Part shown: positions 21,345 through 31,940 of the stretch, piece by piece
Layout of the letters: each line of letters opens with the position of its first letter
How positions within the stretch are numbered: position 1 is the stretch's first letter
Source of the DNA: Thalassotalea sp. 42_200_T64
GTDB lineage: Bacteria > Pseudomonadota > Gammaproteobacteria > Enterobacterales > Alteromonadaceae
Assembly: GCA_002162925.1 (NCBI GenBank)
Contig: MABC01000070.1
Location: 15,689-79,688 of the forward strand
DNA: 64,000 nt
Reading direction: 5' to 3'
Notes under the pieces: generated by a model
What the model was told of the DNA's origin: nothing
Databases searched by the model: none
The model's input: only the letters and a program-made list of their open reading frames with translations
Translations under genes and position numbers: made by a program

Positions 21345-22090
21345 TAGTTTTTCTCCTGTGCTAAAACCAGGGCTTTAACCCAGGGACGCATCGAATTACG
21401 AGCAATAATTTCGGCACGAAAACGTTCGCCAAAGATACGCGCTACTAAAAATGCAAAGCCAAAAAGGCATACCACAAACGGGATAAACATGTCAGCAGAC
21501 ATCGATGGTCTTTCAAGTTTAGAAACCGTGGAACCTTGATGAAGGGTGTTCCACCATTCCACTGAATAATGAATAATTGGTAAGTTTACCACACCAACAA
21601 TCGCTAATACACTCGCGGCTTTTCCCGCCAAAGATTTATCTTCAAAGGCATTTTGCAAAGCAATGACCCCCAAATATAAAAACAATAGAATTAGCTCTGA
21701 AGTCAAACGTGCATCCCAAATCCACCAGGTCCCCCACATAGGTTTACCCCAGGCTGCACCGGTTAGCAGTGCAATCGCGGTAAACGTCGCTCCAATTGGT
21801 GCAAGGGCGGCAATAGAGGCTTCCGCCAATTTCAATTGCCACACCAGGGCGGTTAATGCGGCAATCGCCATACCCAAATAGATGCCCATAGAGAGCATTG
21901 CTGCAGGAACATGGAGGTAAAAAATACGAACACTTTCACCTTGCTGATAATCCGCGGGCGAAAATGCTAATGCCAAGCCAAGACCCAAGACTAATAAAAT
22001 AACACTAATGGCGGTGAACCAGGGAATTAACTTGCCGGTAAAGTGATAAGACACTTCTGGATTCGCGTAAGGGTGTAACCATTTCCACAT
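21344..22090 (-). CDS. ccmC: Heme exporter protein CcmC
   Basis: WGKPMWGTWWIWDARLT (WWD domain), HVPAA, SVEWWNTLHQ. Confidence 0.96.
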   Translation of the reverse strand: MWKWLHPYANPEVSYHFTGKLIPWFTAISVILLVLGLGLALAFSPADYQQGESVRIFYLHVPAAMLSMGIYLGMAIAALTALVWQLKLAEASIAALAPIGATFTAIALLTGAAWGKPMWGTWWIWDARLTSELILLFLYLGVIALQNAFEDKSLAGKAASVLAIVGVVNLPIIHYSVEWWNTLHQGSTVSKLERPSMSADMFIPFVVCLFGFAFLVARIFGERFRAEIIARNSMRPWVKALVLAQEKN

Positions 22091-22091
22091 T

Positions 22092-22772
22092 TTAATTGGT
22101 ACTCACTTTTAAGGCCGAGCCTACTGCAAAAGGGGCCAAGGTTAATGACCCGAAAAATATCGCAGCTATTATAGCAAGTTGTCCGTTATAAGGTAAATTC
22201 ATACTTGCGGCATCGATGGCACTGGTAGCAAAAATTAATACTGGTATATATAAAGGTAACACTAATAAACTTAGTAACATGCCACCTTTTTTCAAACCTA
22301 CCGTTAACGCCACACCAATGGCACCAAGTAAACTCAACACTGGGGTGCCGAGTAATAACGTTAACATTAAGGCGGTGTAACTATCTTGATGCAGATTAAG
22401 CAACACCCCCAACAGTGGCGCGATAATGATTAACGGCAACCCGGTGATCAACCAATGGGCGAGTATTTTCGCTAATACCAGTATAAACGTCGGACACGGG
22501 CTAAGCAGCAGTTGCTCTAACGAACCATCGGCATGATCATTTTTAAACAATCGCTCCAGCGATAATAAGGTTGCTAACAAAGCCGCCACCCAAATAACCC
22601 CAGGGGCAATTTTCATTAAGGTATTGCTTACCGGGCCAATGCCGAGAGGAAATAGCGATACCACAATGATAAAGAACAATAACGGATTAATAATGTCATC
22701 ACGATGACGCAAGGCGATGGTTAAATCACGTTTTAAAATAGTAAAAAAGGCGCTGCTGTAGGATGTTTGCAT
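22092..22772 (-). CDS. ccmB: Heme exporter permease CcmB
   Basis: APGVIWVAALLA, DGSLEQLLL, LPLYIPVLIF. Confidence 0.95.
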   Translation of the reverse strand: MQTSYSSAFFTILKRDLTIALRHRDDIINPLLFFIIVVSLFPLGIGPVSNTLMKIAPGVIWVAALLATLLSLERLFKNDHADGSLEQLLLSPCPTFILVLAKILAHWLITGLPLIIIAPLLGVLLNLHQDSYTALMLTLLLGTPVLSLLGAIGVALTVGLKKGGMLLSLLVLPLYIPVLIFATSAIDAASMNLPYNGQLAIIAAIFFGSLTLAPFAVGSALKVSTN

Positions 22773-22780
22773 CTTAGCCT

Positions 22781-23434
22781 CTAGATAAACTGATGTTCTA
22801 GAATGATTTTTTTGAAATCATTGCTATGAATGGATAAGTCTTGGTGGGTGGTTAAAATTACCGCGCCACCATTTTTAGCGTGCCGTAAAAACAGCTGTTC
22901 CAGTTTCTCTACTCCGGCTTTATCGATAGCGGTAAAGGGCTCATCTAAAATCCAGATTTTGCTGTTGCTTTGCCACAATCTTGCTAAGGCGATGCGTCGA
23001 TGTTGGCCGGCACTTAAATGTGAGGCTAGGGCGTCTTCAAAGCCAAACAGGCTCACTTCTGCCAACGTTTGTTCCGCTAATGAGTGATCTAAGCCATGCA
23101 GTTTTAGATAAAACTGTAAATTTTCTTCGCTGGTCATCTCGCCTTTTATCCCAGGTAAATGGCCGAGAAAGATCAAATCGCTATTATAGTCTTCCTGACA
23201 GTGATGAATATTCTCTGCTTTATAGAGGACTTCACCATCATAAGGCTGTGACAAGCCGGCGAGGATGCGCAGCAAGCTGGTTTTGCCTGTGCCATTAGCG
23301 CCTTCAATTTGGATTATATCACCGGCGCTTACGTCAAACGATAATTGATCGAATAACAGTCGGTCTTCGCGTATGCAGGTTAATTTATCTGCAGCTAGTA
23401 ATACGCTGTGCTGAGTTGCCAATATTGCGCCCAA
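22781..23434 (-). CDS. ccmA: Heme exporter ATP-binding protein CcmA
   Basis: [32 protein letters not shown]. Confidence 0.95.
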   Translation of the reverse strand: MGAILATQHSVLLAADKLTCIREDRLLFDQLSFDVSAGDIIQIEGANGTGKTSLLRILAGLSQPYDGEVLYKAENIHHCQEDYNSDLIFLGHLPGIKGEMTSEENLQFYLKLHGLDHSLAEQTLAEVSLFGFEDALASHLSAGQHRRIALARLWQSNSKIWILDEPFTAIDKAGVEKLEQLFLRHAKNGGAVILTTHQDLSIHSNDFKKIILEHQFI

Positions 23435-23545
23435 AGATAATTTTAATTATTGAAATCGATTCTACTTGTTTGCGCGATGAATAAGAAGATAGTAAAGTAA
23501 AAAATTCGCCCGGATATGCAATTCGTGGTGACCACGCAGTTAATT

Positions 23546-23559
23546 TTGATTTGAAACAA
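23546..23559. promoter_or_regulatory. FNR-type binding site in the divergent ccmA/ccmF promoter
   Basis: TTGAT-TTGA-AACAA, 9/10 match to TTGAT-N4-ATCAA. Confidence 0.55.
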
Positions 23560-23749
23560 TTTCTTGCAGTATTTTAATTCTTCAACATTTAGAACAGATC
23601 AATTTGTCTTTTTTAATCCCCTTCAACTGGGTATAATAAGGCACTTTTGAATGAATATAGCCGTATCCGCACAATCTTTTGAATTATGTGGAAGGTTTAT
23701 CTGATAGCTTTCTTAATGCTTGATGAAAGTATTAAGGTTGGAGTTTTAC

Positions 23750-25768
23750 ATGATCCCAGAACTAGGCCACTTTGCACTGATTATTGCCATGGCATTTGCC
23801 ATTTGCTTATCAATAGTGCCACTCGTTGGTGTATACCAACAAAACCAGCGGTTAATTACGTACGCCAAACCTCTTACCTTCGGCATGTTTGCCTTTACCA
23901 CAATAAGTATTGTGCTGCTCGCCTACAGTTTTGTACTGGATGATTTTTCGGTGAAATACGTCGCCAGTCATTCCAATTCCCATCTTCCGTATTATTTTAA
24001 AATCAGTGCGGTGTGGGGTGGGCATGAAGGTTCGTTGTTATTGTGGGTGTTTTCATTATCGGCCTGGACCATGGCGGTAGCCTCGTTCTCGAAACATGTA
24101 GATCAAGCGTTTGTTTCTCGGGTGTTAGCGATTATGGGGATGATAGCCGTAGGTTTTATGGCTTTTACGTTATTAACGTCAAACCCGTTTGAGCGATTAC
24201 TACCAAATATTCCTATGGAAGGCCGAGATCTTAATCCGCTGCTGCAAGATATTGGTCTAATTATTCATCCGCCTATGCTTTATATGGGCTATGTTGGTTT
24301 TTCTGTGGCTTTTGCTTTTGCCATTGCGGCGCTTATGTGTGGAAAAATGGATGCTGCCTGGGCTCGTTGGTCTCGTCCCTGGACCATTGCTGCCTGGATG
24401 TTTTTAACTTTAGGCATCTCTTTGGGTAGCTGGTGGGCGTACTATGAACTTGGCTGGGGCGGCTGGTGGTTTTGGGATCCAGTAGAAAATGCGTCGTTTA
24501 TGCCCTGGTTAGTGGGGACGGCATTAATTCATTCGTTAGCCGTTACCGAAAAACGCGGCGCGTTTAGAAACTGGACCGTGTTATTGGCGATATTTACCTT
24601 CAGTTTAAGTTTACTGGGCACCTTCCTGGTTCGCTCTGGGGTACTCACCTCGGTGCATTCATTTGCGGCAGACCCTACCCGTGGTAAGTTTATTTTGGTG
24701 TTACTTGCTCTGGCAGTAGGTTTGTCATTATTACTTTACGCCATACGCGGCTCAAATGTGGGCAGCTTTTCTCGCTTTAATTTAGTCTCGCGTGAAACCG
24801 CAATATTAATATGTAATGTGATTTTGGTTTCCGCCTGCGTAACCGTATTAATGGGGACGCTATATCCGTTAATTATTGATGCCATGGGCATGGGAAAAAT
24901 CTCCGTTGGCCCTCCATATTTTAATGCGGTGTTTGTGCCCATTATGAGCATCTTGTTTGTGTTTATGGGGATTGGCCCATTGATCCGCTGGAAAAAAGCG
25001 AAAAAAGGCGAACTTTCAAACCAGTTAGGTGTGATCACGATTTTCTCAATGATTTTTGGTCTGGCGTTTCCATTTTTATATGCGGGTGAGTTTAATAGCG
25101 GCGTTGCTTTTGGTATGACACTGGCGTGTTGGGTAGCTTTGGTTGCCGCAAAAGATGTGAAAAACCAAATCAAATTACCCAATGGTGGTTGGCAGCCAAG
25201 CAAAATAAGTTTAAGTCATTTAGGCATGGCAGTGGCGCACACCGGCATTGCCGTGACTATCGTTGGCGTTACGTTAGTGTCGACTTATGAGTCGGAAACC
25301 AATGTGAAAATGCAGCCGGGCACAATAGTCACGGTGGCAGGTTATGAGCTTGAATTTTTAGGCGTCAAGCACGTTGAAGGGCCAAATTATTCTGCCGAAC
25401 AAGGGCAAATAAACTTGTTTGATGGCAATGAGCATATCGCTTTAATGCAACCGGAGCGAAGAACATATCGGGTGCAAACGATGGGCATGACCGAAGCTGC
25501 CATTGATCCCGGTTTATTTAGAGATGTCTATGTAGCCTTGGGCGACCCATTAGGCGGTGACGCCTGGGCAGTACGGGTGCATTACAAACCGTTTGTACGC
25601 TGGATCTGGTTGGGCTCAATATTTATGGCGCTGGGTGGTGGGTTTGCGATGTTAGACAAACGCTATCGTCGCAAGAAAAAGGTGGCGTTGGGCGATAAGT
25701 CGACAGCCCCTGCAGCCGCCGAAGGCGCTGTAGTTGCTGCTACTGCAACACAAGCGAGCGTACAGTAG
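23750..25768 (+). CDS. ccmF: Cytochrome c heme lyase CcmF
   Basis: MIPELGH start after GGAG; WGGHEGS, HPPMLY, WGGWWFWDPVEN, SVHSFA. Confidence 0.96.
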   Translation: MIPELGHFALIIAMAFAICLSIVPLVGVYQQNQRLITYAKPLTFGMFAFTTISIVLLAYSFVLDDFSVKYVASHSNSHLPYYFKISAVWGGHEGSLLLWVFSLSAWTMAVASFSKHVDQAFVSRVLAIMGMIAVGFMAFTLLTSNPFERLLPNIPMEGRDLNPLLQDIGLIIHPPMLYMGYVGFSVAFAFAIAALMCGKMDAAWARWSRPWTIAAWMFLTLGISLGSWWAYYELGWGGWWFWDPVENASFMPWLVGTALIHSLAVTEKRGAFRNWTVLLAIFTFSLSLLGTFLVRSGVLTSVHSFAADPTRGKFILVLLALAVGLSLLLYAIRGSNVGSFSRFNLVSRETAILICNVILVSACVTVLMGTLYPLIIDAMGMGKISVGPPYFNAVFVPIMSILFVFMGIGPLIRWKKAKKGELSNQLGVITIFSMIFGLAFPFLYAGEFNSGVAFGMTLACWVALVAAKDVKNQIKLPNGGWQPSKISLSHLGMAVAHTGIAVTIVGVTLVSTYESETNVKMQPGTIVTVAGYELEFLGVKHVEGPNYSAEQGQINLFDGNEHIALMQPERRTYRVQTMGMTEAAIDPGLFRDVYVALGDPLGGDAWAVRVHYKPFVRWIWLGSIFMALGGGFAMLDKRYRRKKKVALGDKSTAPAAAEGAVVAATATQASVQ

Positions 25769-26317
25769 ATGAACATAATAATTCGTTTAATTCCATTTGT
25801 GTTATTTTTATTGTTGGGTGTACTGTTATATCGCGGCCTGTCACTTGACCCGCAAAGCATGCCGTCGGCATTAATCGGTAAATCATTTCCACAATTTACG
25901 TTAACGAGTTTAGAAGATGAGTCACAGCAGGTAACCAAGGCTGACTTTAAACCTGGCATTAAACTGGTTAACGTCTGGGCTACCTGGTGCCCATCTTGTA
26001 AAGTGGAACACCCATTTTTGGTGAAGTTGGCGAAAGATGACCGTTTTAGTTTATACGGCATCAATTATAAAGATAACCGTGCGGATGCCAATCAATGGCT
26101 TAAGTATTATCAAAACCCATATCAGTTTTCGATTTTTGATGATATTGGCAAACTCGGACTCGACTTAGGCGTATATGGCGCCCCCGAAACGTTTGTAATT
26201 GACCACCATGGCGTGATCAGAAAACGCTTTGCCGGAGTGCTAGAGCCGAGAGTTTGGCAACGGCAGTTTTTACCATTAATCAATACCATTGAAGATGAAA
26301 TGGTCAAGGGAGAATAA
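25769..26317 (+). CDS. ccmG: Thiol:disulfide oxidoreductase CcmG/DsbE
   Basis: NVWATWCPSCKVEHP; GVYGAPETF. Confidence 0.94.
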   Translation: MNIIIRLIPFVLFLLLGVLLYRGLSLDPQSMPSALIGKSFPQFTLTSLEDESQQVTKADFKPGIKLVNVWATWCPSCKVEHPFLVKLAKDDRFSLYGINYKDNRADANQWLKYYQNPYQFSIFDDIGKLGLDLGVYGAPETFVIDHHGVIRKRFAGVLEPRVWQRQFLPLINTIEDEMVKGE

Positions 26318-26321
26318 CGTG

Positions 26322-26819
26322 ATGAAAACAAATAGCCTGGTGAATATATTGGCGAAAAATTTAAAAGCATTGATGGTGCTGTTAAGCTCTGCCATGATCG
26401 TTTTTGCCACTTTTACCATTAGTGCCGGTCCAATTGATACTTACAAATTTCCCGATGAAGTGACGAAAAAACGTTTTAGCGAGCTAACCTATGAGCTGCG
26501 TTGTCCTAAATGTCAGAATCAAAATTTAGCAGATTCAAATTCACCCATTGCCCAGGATTTGCGTAAAGAAGTGTACGACATGTTACTTGACGGTCGAAGC
26601 GATTCTGAAATTATGGATTATATGGTGCAGCGCTACGGTGAATTTGTATTATATCGGCCGAGAGTGAGCTCAATTACCTATATTTTGTGGTTTGGGCCAA
26701 TTGTGTTTATCTTGATTGGCGGTTTTGTGGTGTTCTTATTGACTCGCCGCAAAGATACCGAGCCAGAGCATTTAAGCGCAGAACAAAAACAACAATTAAA
26801 ATCAATTTTAAAAGACTAA
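26322..26819 (+). CDS. ccmH: Cytochrome c biogenesis protein CcmH
   Basis: LRCPKCQNQNLADSN; RYGEFVLYRP. Confidence 0.93.
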   Translation: MKTNSLVNILAKNLKALMVLLSSAMIVFATFTISAGPIDTYKFPDEVTKKRFSELTYELRCPKCQNQNLADSNSPIAQDLRKEVYDMLLDGRSDSEIMDYMVQRYGEFVLYRPRVSSITYILWFGPIVFILIGGFVVFLLTRRKDTEPEHLSAEQKQQLKSILKD

Positions 26820-26859
26820 TCACTACAGACCCTAGAAATACAGGAAAGATACACATATC

Positions 26860-28179
26860 ATGACAACACTTTGGATTTTTACCGGGCTATTCTTGCTGCT
26901 GGCGTGTTTAATACTCTGGCATCATTTCTTCAAAAGCAGTTTGTACAGTGCTGATCAAAGCAATATGCGTGGCCAAACCAATAAAGACCTTTATCATGAA
27001 CATTTAAAAGAGTTAGAAAAAGATTTTAGCGAGGGCGGTGTTGATAAAGAGAACTTTGAGTTTTTAAAAGAAGAACTCGATCAAAGTTTATTATTAGACA
27101 TGAGTGCCACGGCAAAAGAAGAACAAGCCAAAGATAAGCGAACCTCTATACTTTGGCCAGTTATGCTGACGCTATTTATTGTCGCCTTTTCTGCGGCATA
27201 TTACTATCAACATGGCGCGTATGCTGATGTTGAATTGGCGGCCAGTCAACCAGCCAATCATCCCCAAGGTGAGCAATCAGAAGCACAAGTTGTGATTGCC
27301 CAGATGCAAAACTTGCACAAAGAAGTGCAAGATAATCCGCAAAATGCTGATGCCTGGTTCCAGTTAGGGCAACTGTTAACCAGCGTGGCTGAGTTCGACA
27401 GTGCCTTTATTGCCTATGGTAAAGTTCTCGAGATTGAAGGTGAACAAGCGGATGTGCTTGCCCTGCAAGCGCAAGCAAAATACTACAAAAATAAGCAACA
27501 ACGTAATGCTGAAATTAATGCCTTGTTAGATAGAGCATTAATGCTAGACCCGAATGACCCAACGACCTTGATGTTAATTGGCATGGATCATTACTTTAAT
27601 GAGCAATATCTACAAGCCGCATCAGTATGGCAACAAATTATTGATACTGGCGGTGCTGGGGCAAATCAAGGCCCATTACTCGATGGTATTGCGCAGGCGC
27701 GTAAACTAGCCAGTGAAGGCGGCAGTGCAGGTAATAATGCAGACAAGAGTGCAAGACAAGTAAACCAAAATAGTGATGTTGCAAATCCGCAGCCGACAGA
27801 AAATACGGTAGCAACAACTGCGGCTACCGCCAGTATTCAAGTTACCGTGGATTTATCTGAGCAAATTATTGCCGCGCTTAATCAAGGCGGTGATAAAACC
27901 TTATTTATCTATGCCATTGCCAGCAATGGTTCGAGAATGCCGCTAGCGGCGGTAAAAGCGAAAGCCAGTGATTTGCCAATGACAGTCACCTTAGATGACA
28001 GTAAAGCGATGAGTCCGCGAATGACTATATCGACTGTAGATATGGTCAATGTTCTTGCTGTAATTTCACATGCCGGTACACCAGGGGCGAAAGCGGGTGA
28101 CTATAAAGGTGAGGTGGCTAATGTTAAAGTAAACGCTAACGAAGTGTTAAACTTAACCATAGATACCATTGTCGAATAG
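26860..28179 (+). CDS. ccmI: Cytochrome c biogenesis TPR protein CcmI
   Basis: Two TM helices, TPR repeats, C-terminal Ig-like domain (LFIYA..RMPLAA..LDDSKAMSP). Confidence 0.88.
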   Translation: MTTLWIFTGLFLLLACLILWHHFFKSSLYSADQSNMRGQTNKDLYHEHLKELEKDFSEGGVDKENFEFLKEELDQSLLLDMSATAKEEQAKDKRTSILWPVMLTLFIVAFSAAYYYQHGAYADVELAASQPANHPQGEQSEAQVVIAQMQNLHKEVQDNPQNADAWFQLGQLLTSVAEFDSAFIAYGKVLEIEGEQADVLALQAQAKYYKNKQQRNAEINALLDRALMLDPNDPTTLMLIGMDHYFNEQYLQAASVWQQIIDTGGAGANQGPLLDGIAQARKLASEGGSAGNNADKSARQVNQNSDVANPQPTENTVATTAATASIQVTVDLSEQIIAALNQGGDKTLFIYAIASNGSRMPLAAVKAKASDLPMTVTLDDSKAMSPRMTISTVDMVNVLAVISHAGTPGAKAGDYKGEVANVKVNANEVLNLTIDTIVE

Positions 28180-28224
28180 ATAGGTAGTGATGTTTTTAGT
28201 AGGTATTATCTTAAAAGGCGACTT

Positions 28225-28842
28225 ATGAAATTTATCTTCACCGTGCTACTGGCGTTAATCACAAGTTTTAGTGTTAACGCCGAAGAAAGGCCCCAACTTT
28301 CTGCAATGACGAAGCCACTGGTATTAGCAGAAGCTGATCAGTGCCCTGATTTTTTGCAGCACACAATGCGTAAATTAAATTCGAAACAAAGTTTGGATCT
28401 TTGTAAAGAATTTGCCGGCAAAACATTTCTTATCGTCAATACTGCCAGTAATTGCGGCTTTACCCCACAATTTAAAGCGCTTGAAGCCTTACATCAAGAC
28501 TATAAAGACCGCGGTTTAGTGGTGTTAGGTTTTCCTTCCGATAATTTCTTCCAGGAAGAAGATGAAGAAAAAGACACGGCAAAAGTATGCTTTATCAATT
28601 ACGGCGTAACATTCCCAATGTTTGCCACTATTGAAGTCAGGGGCAGTGATGCCCATCCTATCTTTGCCCACTTAGCTAAACAAACCGCTTCGCCTTATTG
28701 GAATTTTTATAAATATTTAGTGAGTGCAGATGGTAAGACAATTCAACGCTTTAATTCAAGAACTAAGCCTCAGTCTGAACAATTAACTAAGGCCATAGAA
28801 CACTTGCTAAGTATAAAAGCATTACCAGGCATCAGCATTTAA
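28225..28842 (+). CDS. Exported glutathione peroxidase-family protein
   Basis: LIVNTASNCGFTPQF, LGFPSDNF, PYWNFYKYL; signal peptide. Confidence 0.9.
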   Translation: MKFIFTVLLALITSFSVNAEERPQLSAMTKPLVLAEADQCPDFLQHTMRKLNSKQSLDLCKEFAGKTFLIVNTASNCGFTPQFKALEALHQDYKDRGLVVLGFPSDNFFQEEDEEKDTAKVCFINYGVTFPMFATIEVRGSDAHPIFAHLAKQTASPYWNFYKYLVSADGKTIQRFNSRTKPQSEQLTKAIEHLLSIKALPGISI

Positions 28843-28882
28843 TGATGTTGAATGTGAAAAAAACTAAAAATAGAGAAGATTA

Positions 28883-29926
28883 ATGTCGCGTTTTGTTGCC
28901 CATCATAAAAAATTGCATACCGATAAAATTAAACATGGCCCAGCTGATACCGGTAAGGTAAAAACCGCAGTATTGCTGTGTAATTTAGGCACCCCAGATG
29001 CACCTACCACATCCGCTTTACGCAGCTATTTGCGTGAGTTCTTAAGCGATCCGCGAGTGGTTGAGATCCCTAAATTTATTTGGATGATTATTTTACACGG
29101 CATTATTTTAAGAATTCGCCCGGCAAAATCGGCAAAATTGTACGAAAGCATTTGGACCGAAAATGGCTCGCCATTGTTGGCAATCAGTAAATCGCAACAG
29201 CTAAAAGTCGCAAAACAAATACAGCAACAATACGGTGACGAAGTCGAAGTTGCTATTGCGATGCGTTATGGCAACCCGGGAATTACCCAAGCGCTGCGCG
29301 GCTTTCAACAACAAGGTATCAATAAAATTGTAGTGTTGCCGTTATACCCTCAATATGCCGGCCCAACTACAGGGTCAACTTTTGATGCGATTAGCAAAGA
29401 AATCCAGTCGTGGCGATGGGTACCTTCGTTGCATTTTATTGCCAGTTATCATGACAATGCTGGTTATATCGAGGCGTTGGCCAATAGTATTACTGATCAC
29501 TTTAAAGCACATGGTAAGCCGGAAAAGTTGCTGTTTTCTTATCATGGTATGCCTAAGCTGTTTCACACCAATGGCGATCCGTATTATTGTTTTTGTCAAA
29601 AAACCACTCGCCTGGTGACTGAAAAGTTAGGCTTGTCTGATGATGAGTTTCAAATTAGCTTCCAGTCTCGTTTTGGCAAGGCGGAATGGCTTAAACCTTA
29701 CACAGATCCATGCTTGAGTGATTTTGCCGAACAGGGCATTAAAAACGTTGCGGTAATAAGCCCGGCGTTCAGTGTTGATTGCTTAGAAACACTCGAAGAG
29801 TTGGAAGTGGAAAGTCACAAAGTCTTCATCGATGCCGGTGGTGAGAAATTTCAATATATTGCTGCACTCAATGATAGAGACGATCACATTAACGCCATTG
29901 TAAAATTAGTTACTCCGCATATATAA
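28883..29926 (+). CDS. hemH: Ferrochelatase
   Basis: NLGTP, FLSDPRVV, PLYPQY, FSYHG, FQSRFG..WLKPYT, DCLETLEE. Confidence 0.96.
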   Translation: MSRFVAHHKKLHTDKIKHGPADTGKVKTAVLLCNLGTPDAPTTSALRSYLREFLSDPRVVEIPKFIWMIILHGIILRIRPAKSAKLYESIWTENGSPLLAISKSQQLKVAKQIQQQYGDEVEVAIAMRYGNPGITQALRGFQQQGINKIVVLPLYPQYAGPTTGSTFDAISKEIQSWRWVPSLHFIASYHDNAGYIEALANSITDHFKAHGKPEKLLFSYHGMPKLFHTNGDPYYCFCQKTTRLVTEKLGLSDDEFQISFQSRFGKAEWLKPYTDPCLSDFAEQGIKNVAVISPAFSVDCLETLEELEVESHKVFIDAGGEKFQYIAALNDRDDHINAIVKLVTPHI

Positions 29927-30155
29927 ACAATAGGCAGAGGTGTTGATTTGTCTCTGCCAAATTCAATAGCATACCAATTAACGATAAGTAAATCGTTAGC
30001 TTATTATTCAAGCTGATTGACAATAACCTCATTAATCTTTAACATCTCGCCCTTTAAATTTGAGTAAAAACTTTAACTTGTTCTAACGGTTGTTACCTAC
30101 GTTTACCGCCAAGTTTGAGTTTTTCAGAACTATTAATCACAACCGTGAGTAAAAA

Positions 30156-31712
30156 ATGTTTGAATTACATGCAAGTAAAGTTACTAGCCTGAAAAACGAT
30201 GTGTTATCAGGTTTGACCGTTTCTTTAGCATTGGTACCAGAAGCCGTAGCGTTTGCTTTTGTTGCTGGTGTTGATCCTTTAGTGGGTTTATATGCCGCCT
30301 TTATGGTGGGTTTAATCACCTCTGCTTTTGGTGGTCGTCCGGGTATGATCTCTGGCGCAACCGGTGCCATGGCCGTTGTTATGGTCAGCCTTGTTGCACT
30401 GCACGGAGTACAGTATCTGTTTGCGGCGGTGCTGCTCACCGGTATTATTCAAATATTTGCCGGCATCTTCAAGTTAGGTAAATTTATCCGCTTAGTGCCC
30501 CATCCGGTAATGCTCGGCTTTGTCAACGGTTTGGCTATTGTTATCTTCTTGGCGCAACTGGGTCAGTTTAAAGTCACCAACGCTGCCGGTGAACTCGAAT
30601 GGATGACGGGGAGTGCGCTATATACTATGGCTGGGTTAATTGTAGTCACCATGGCGATAATCCACTTCTTACCTAAGTTAACTAAGGCAGTACCATCATC
30701 ACTGGTTGCCATTATTGTGGTTACCGCGATTGTCTTGTTTACCGATATTGAAGCGCGTACGGTGATAGATTATGTGCGTGATATGACTGGCGATGCAAGC
30801 AGTACTTTAGCGGGTGGTTTGCCTAGCTTTGCCATTCCTGCAGTGCCATTTAACCTGGAAACGTTAATGATCATTTTACCATTTGCTCTAGTATTGGCGG
30901 CCATTGGTTTAATTGAGTCACTATTAACCTTAAGCCTGATTGATGAATTAACCGAGACCCACGGACAAGCAAACCGTGAGTGTGTGGCTCAAGGTGCTGC
31001 CAACACAGTTAACGGCTTCTTTGGCGGTATGGGCGGTTGTGCGATGATTGGTCAGTCGATGATCAATGTTAATTCTGGCGGTCGCGGTCGAGCTTCTGGT
31101 ATTACCGCCGCATTGGCGTTATTAGGTTTCATCTTATTTGCTTCAGGGTTGATCGAAATTATTCCACTGGCGGCGTTAGTTGGGGTCATGTTTATTGTGG
31201 TTATTGGTACCTTTGAATGGTCAAGCCTAAGAATTATGCGCAAAATTCCAAAAGCAGATGCTTTTGTTATCGTGCTGGTTTCAGGCATTACCGTTATCTC
31301 TGATTTAGCCGTAGCCGTTATTGTCGGTGTGATTGTATCGGCGCTGGTATTTGCCTGGCAGCATGCGAAACACGTTATTGTTCATCGCTCAACCGATGAA
31401 AATGGTTGGACTGTTTACGACGTTAACGGGCCATTATTCTTTGGCGCTATCTCGAGTTTCCTTGAGCAGTTTGATTTCGACAACGACAGTAAAGACGTCA
31501 TTGTTGAGTTTAAAAACTCGCGTGTTGCCGATCATTCCGCACTAGAAGCGATTGATACTTTAGCCGAGCGCTACAAGAGTCGTGGTAAAACCTTACATTT
31601 ACGTCACTTAAGCGCGGAATGTAAAAGCTTATTAAGCAAAGCAGGTGACTTGGTAGAAGTGAACTACATTGAAGATCCACAGTATCATGTGGCATCGGAT
31701 AAGCTAGATTAA
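30156..31712 (+). CDS. SulP/SLC26 anion transporter with STAS domain
   Basis: [40 protein letters not shown]. Confidence 0.92.
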   Translation: MFELHASKVTSLKNDVLSGLTVSLALVPEAVAFAFVAGVDPLVGLYAAFMVGLITSAFGGRPGMISGATGAMAVVMVSLVALHGVQYLFAAVLLTGIIQIFAGIFKLGKFIRLVPHPVMLGFVNGLAIVIFLAQLGQFKVTNAAGELEWMTGSALYTMAGLIVVTMAIIHFLPKLTKAVPSSLVAIIVVTAIVLFTDIEARTVIDYVRDMTGDASSTLAGGLPSFAIPAVPFNLETLMIILPFALVLAAIGLIESLLTLSLIDELTETHGQANRECVAQGAANTVNGFFGGMGGCAMIGQSMINVNSGGRGRASGITAALALLGFILFASGLIEIIPLAALVGVMFIVVIGTFEWSSLRIMRKIPKADAFVIVLVSGITVISDLAVAVIVGVIVSALVFAWQHAKHVIVHRSTDENGWTVYDVNGPLFFGAISSFLEQFDFDNDSKDVIVEFKNSRVADHSALEAIDTLAERYKSRGKTLHLRHLSAECKSLLSKAGDLVEVNYIEDPQYHVASDKLD

Positions 31713-31731
31713 GCTTGTACCAATCTTAATA

Positions 31732-31758
31732 GAAACAGGGAGCAAAGCTCCCTGTTTT
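31732..31758 (+). terminator. Intrinsic terminator
   Basis: AAACAGGGAGC-aaa-GCTCCCTGTTTT. Confidence 0.8.
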
Positions 31759-31940
31759 GTTCATGGACGAACTTATACAGAACTCACAAGGATGTGAAAA
31801 GTTCTGATTTGTTTTTACAAGCCAATAAAACTAGCATTCTGGTTGCTATAGGATCATAGCGATCTGCATAAGCACCGAGTTGACAGTATACTTATGCAGA
31901 GTGGTTAATTACCAATTTGATAAAATATAGTGGAGCAAAG

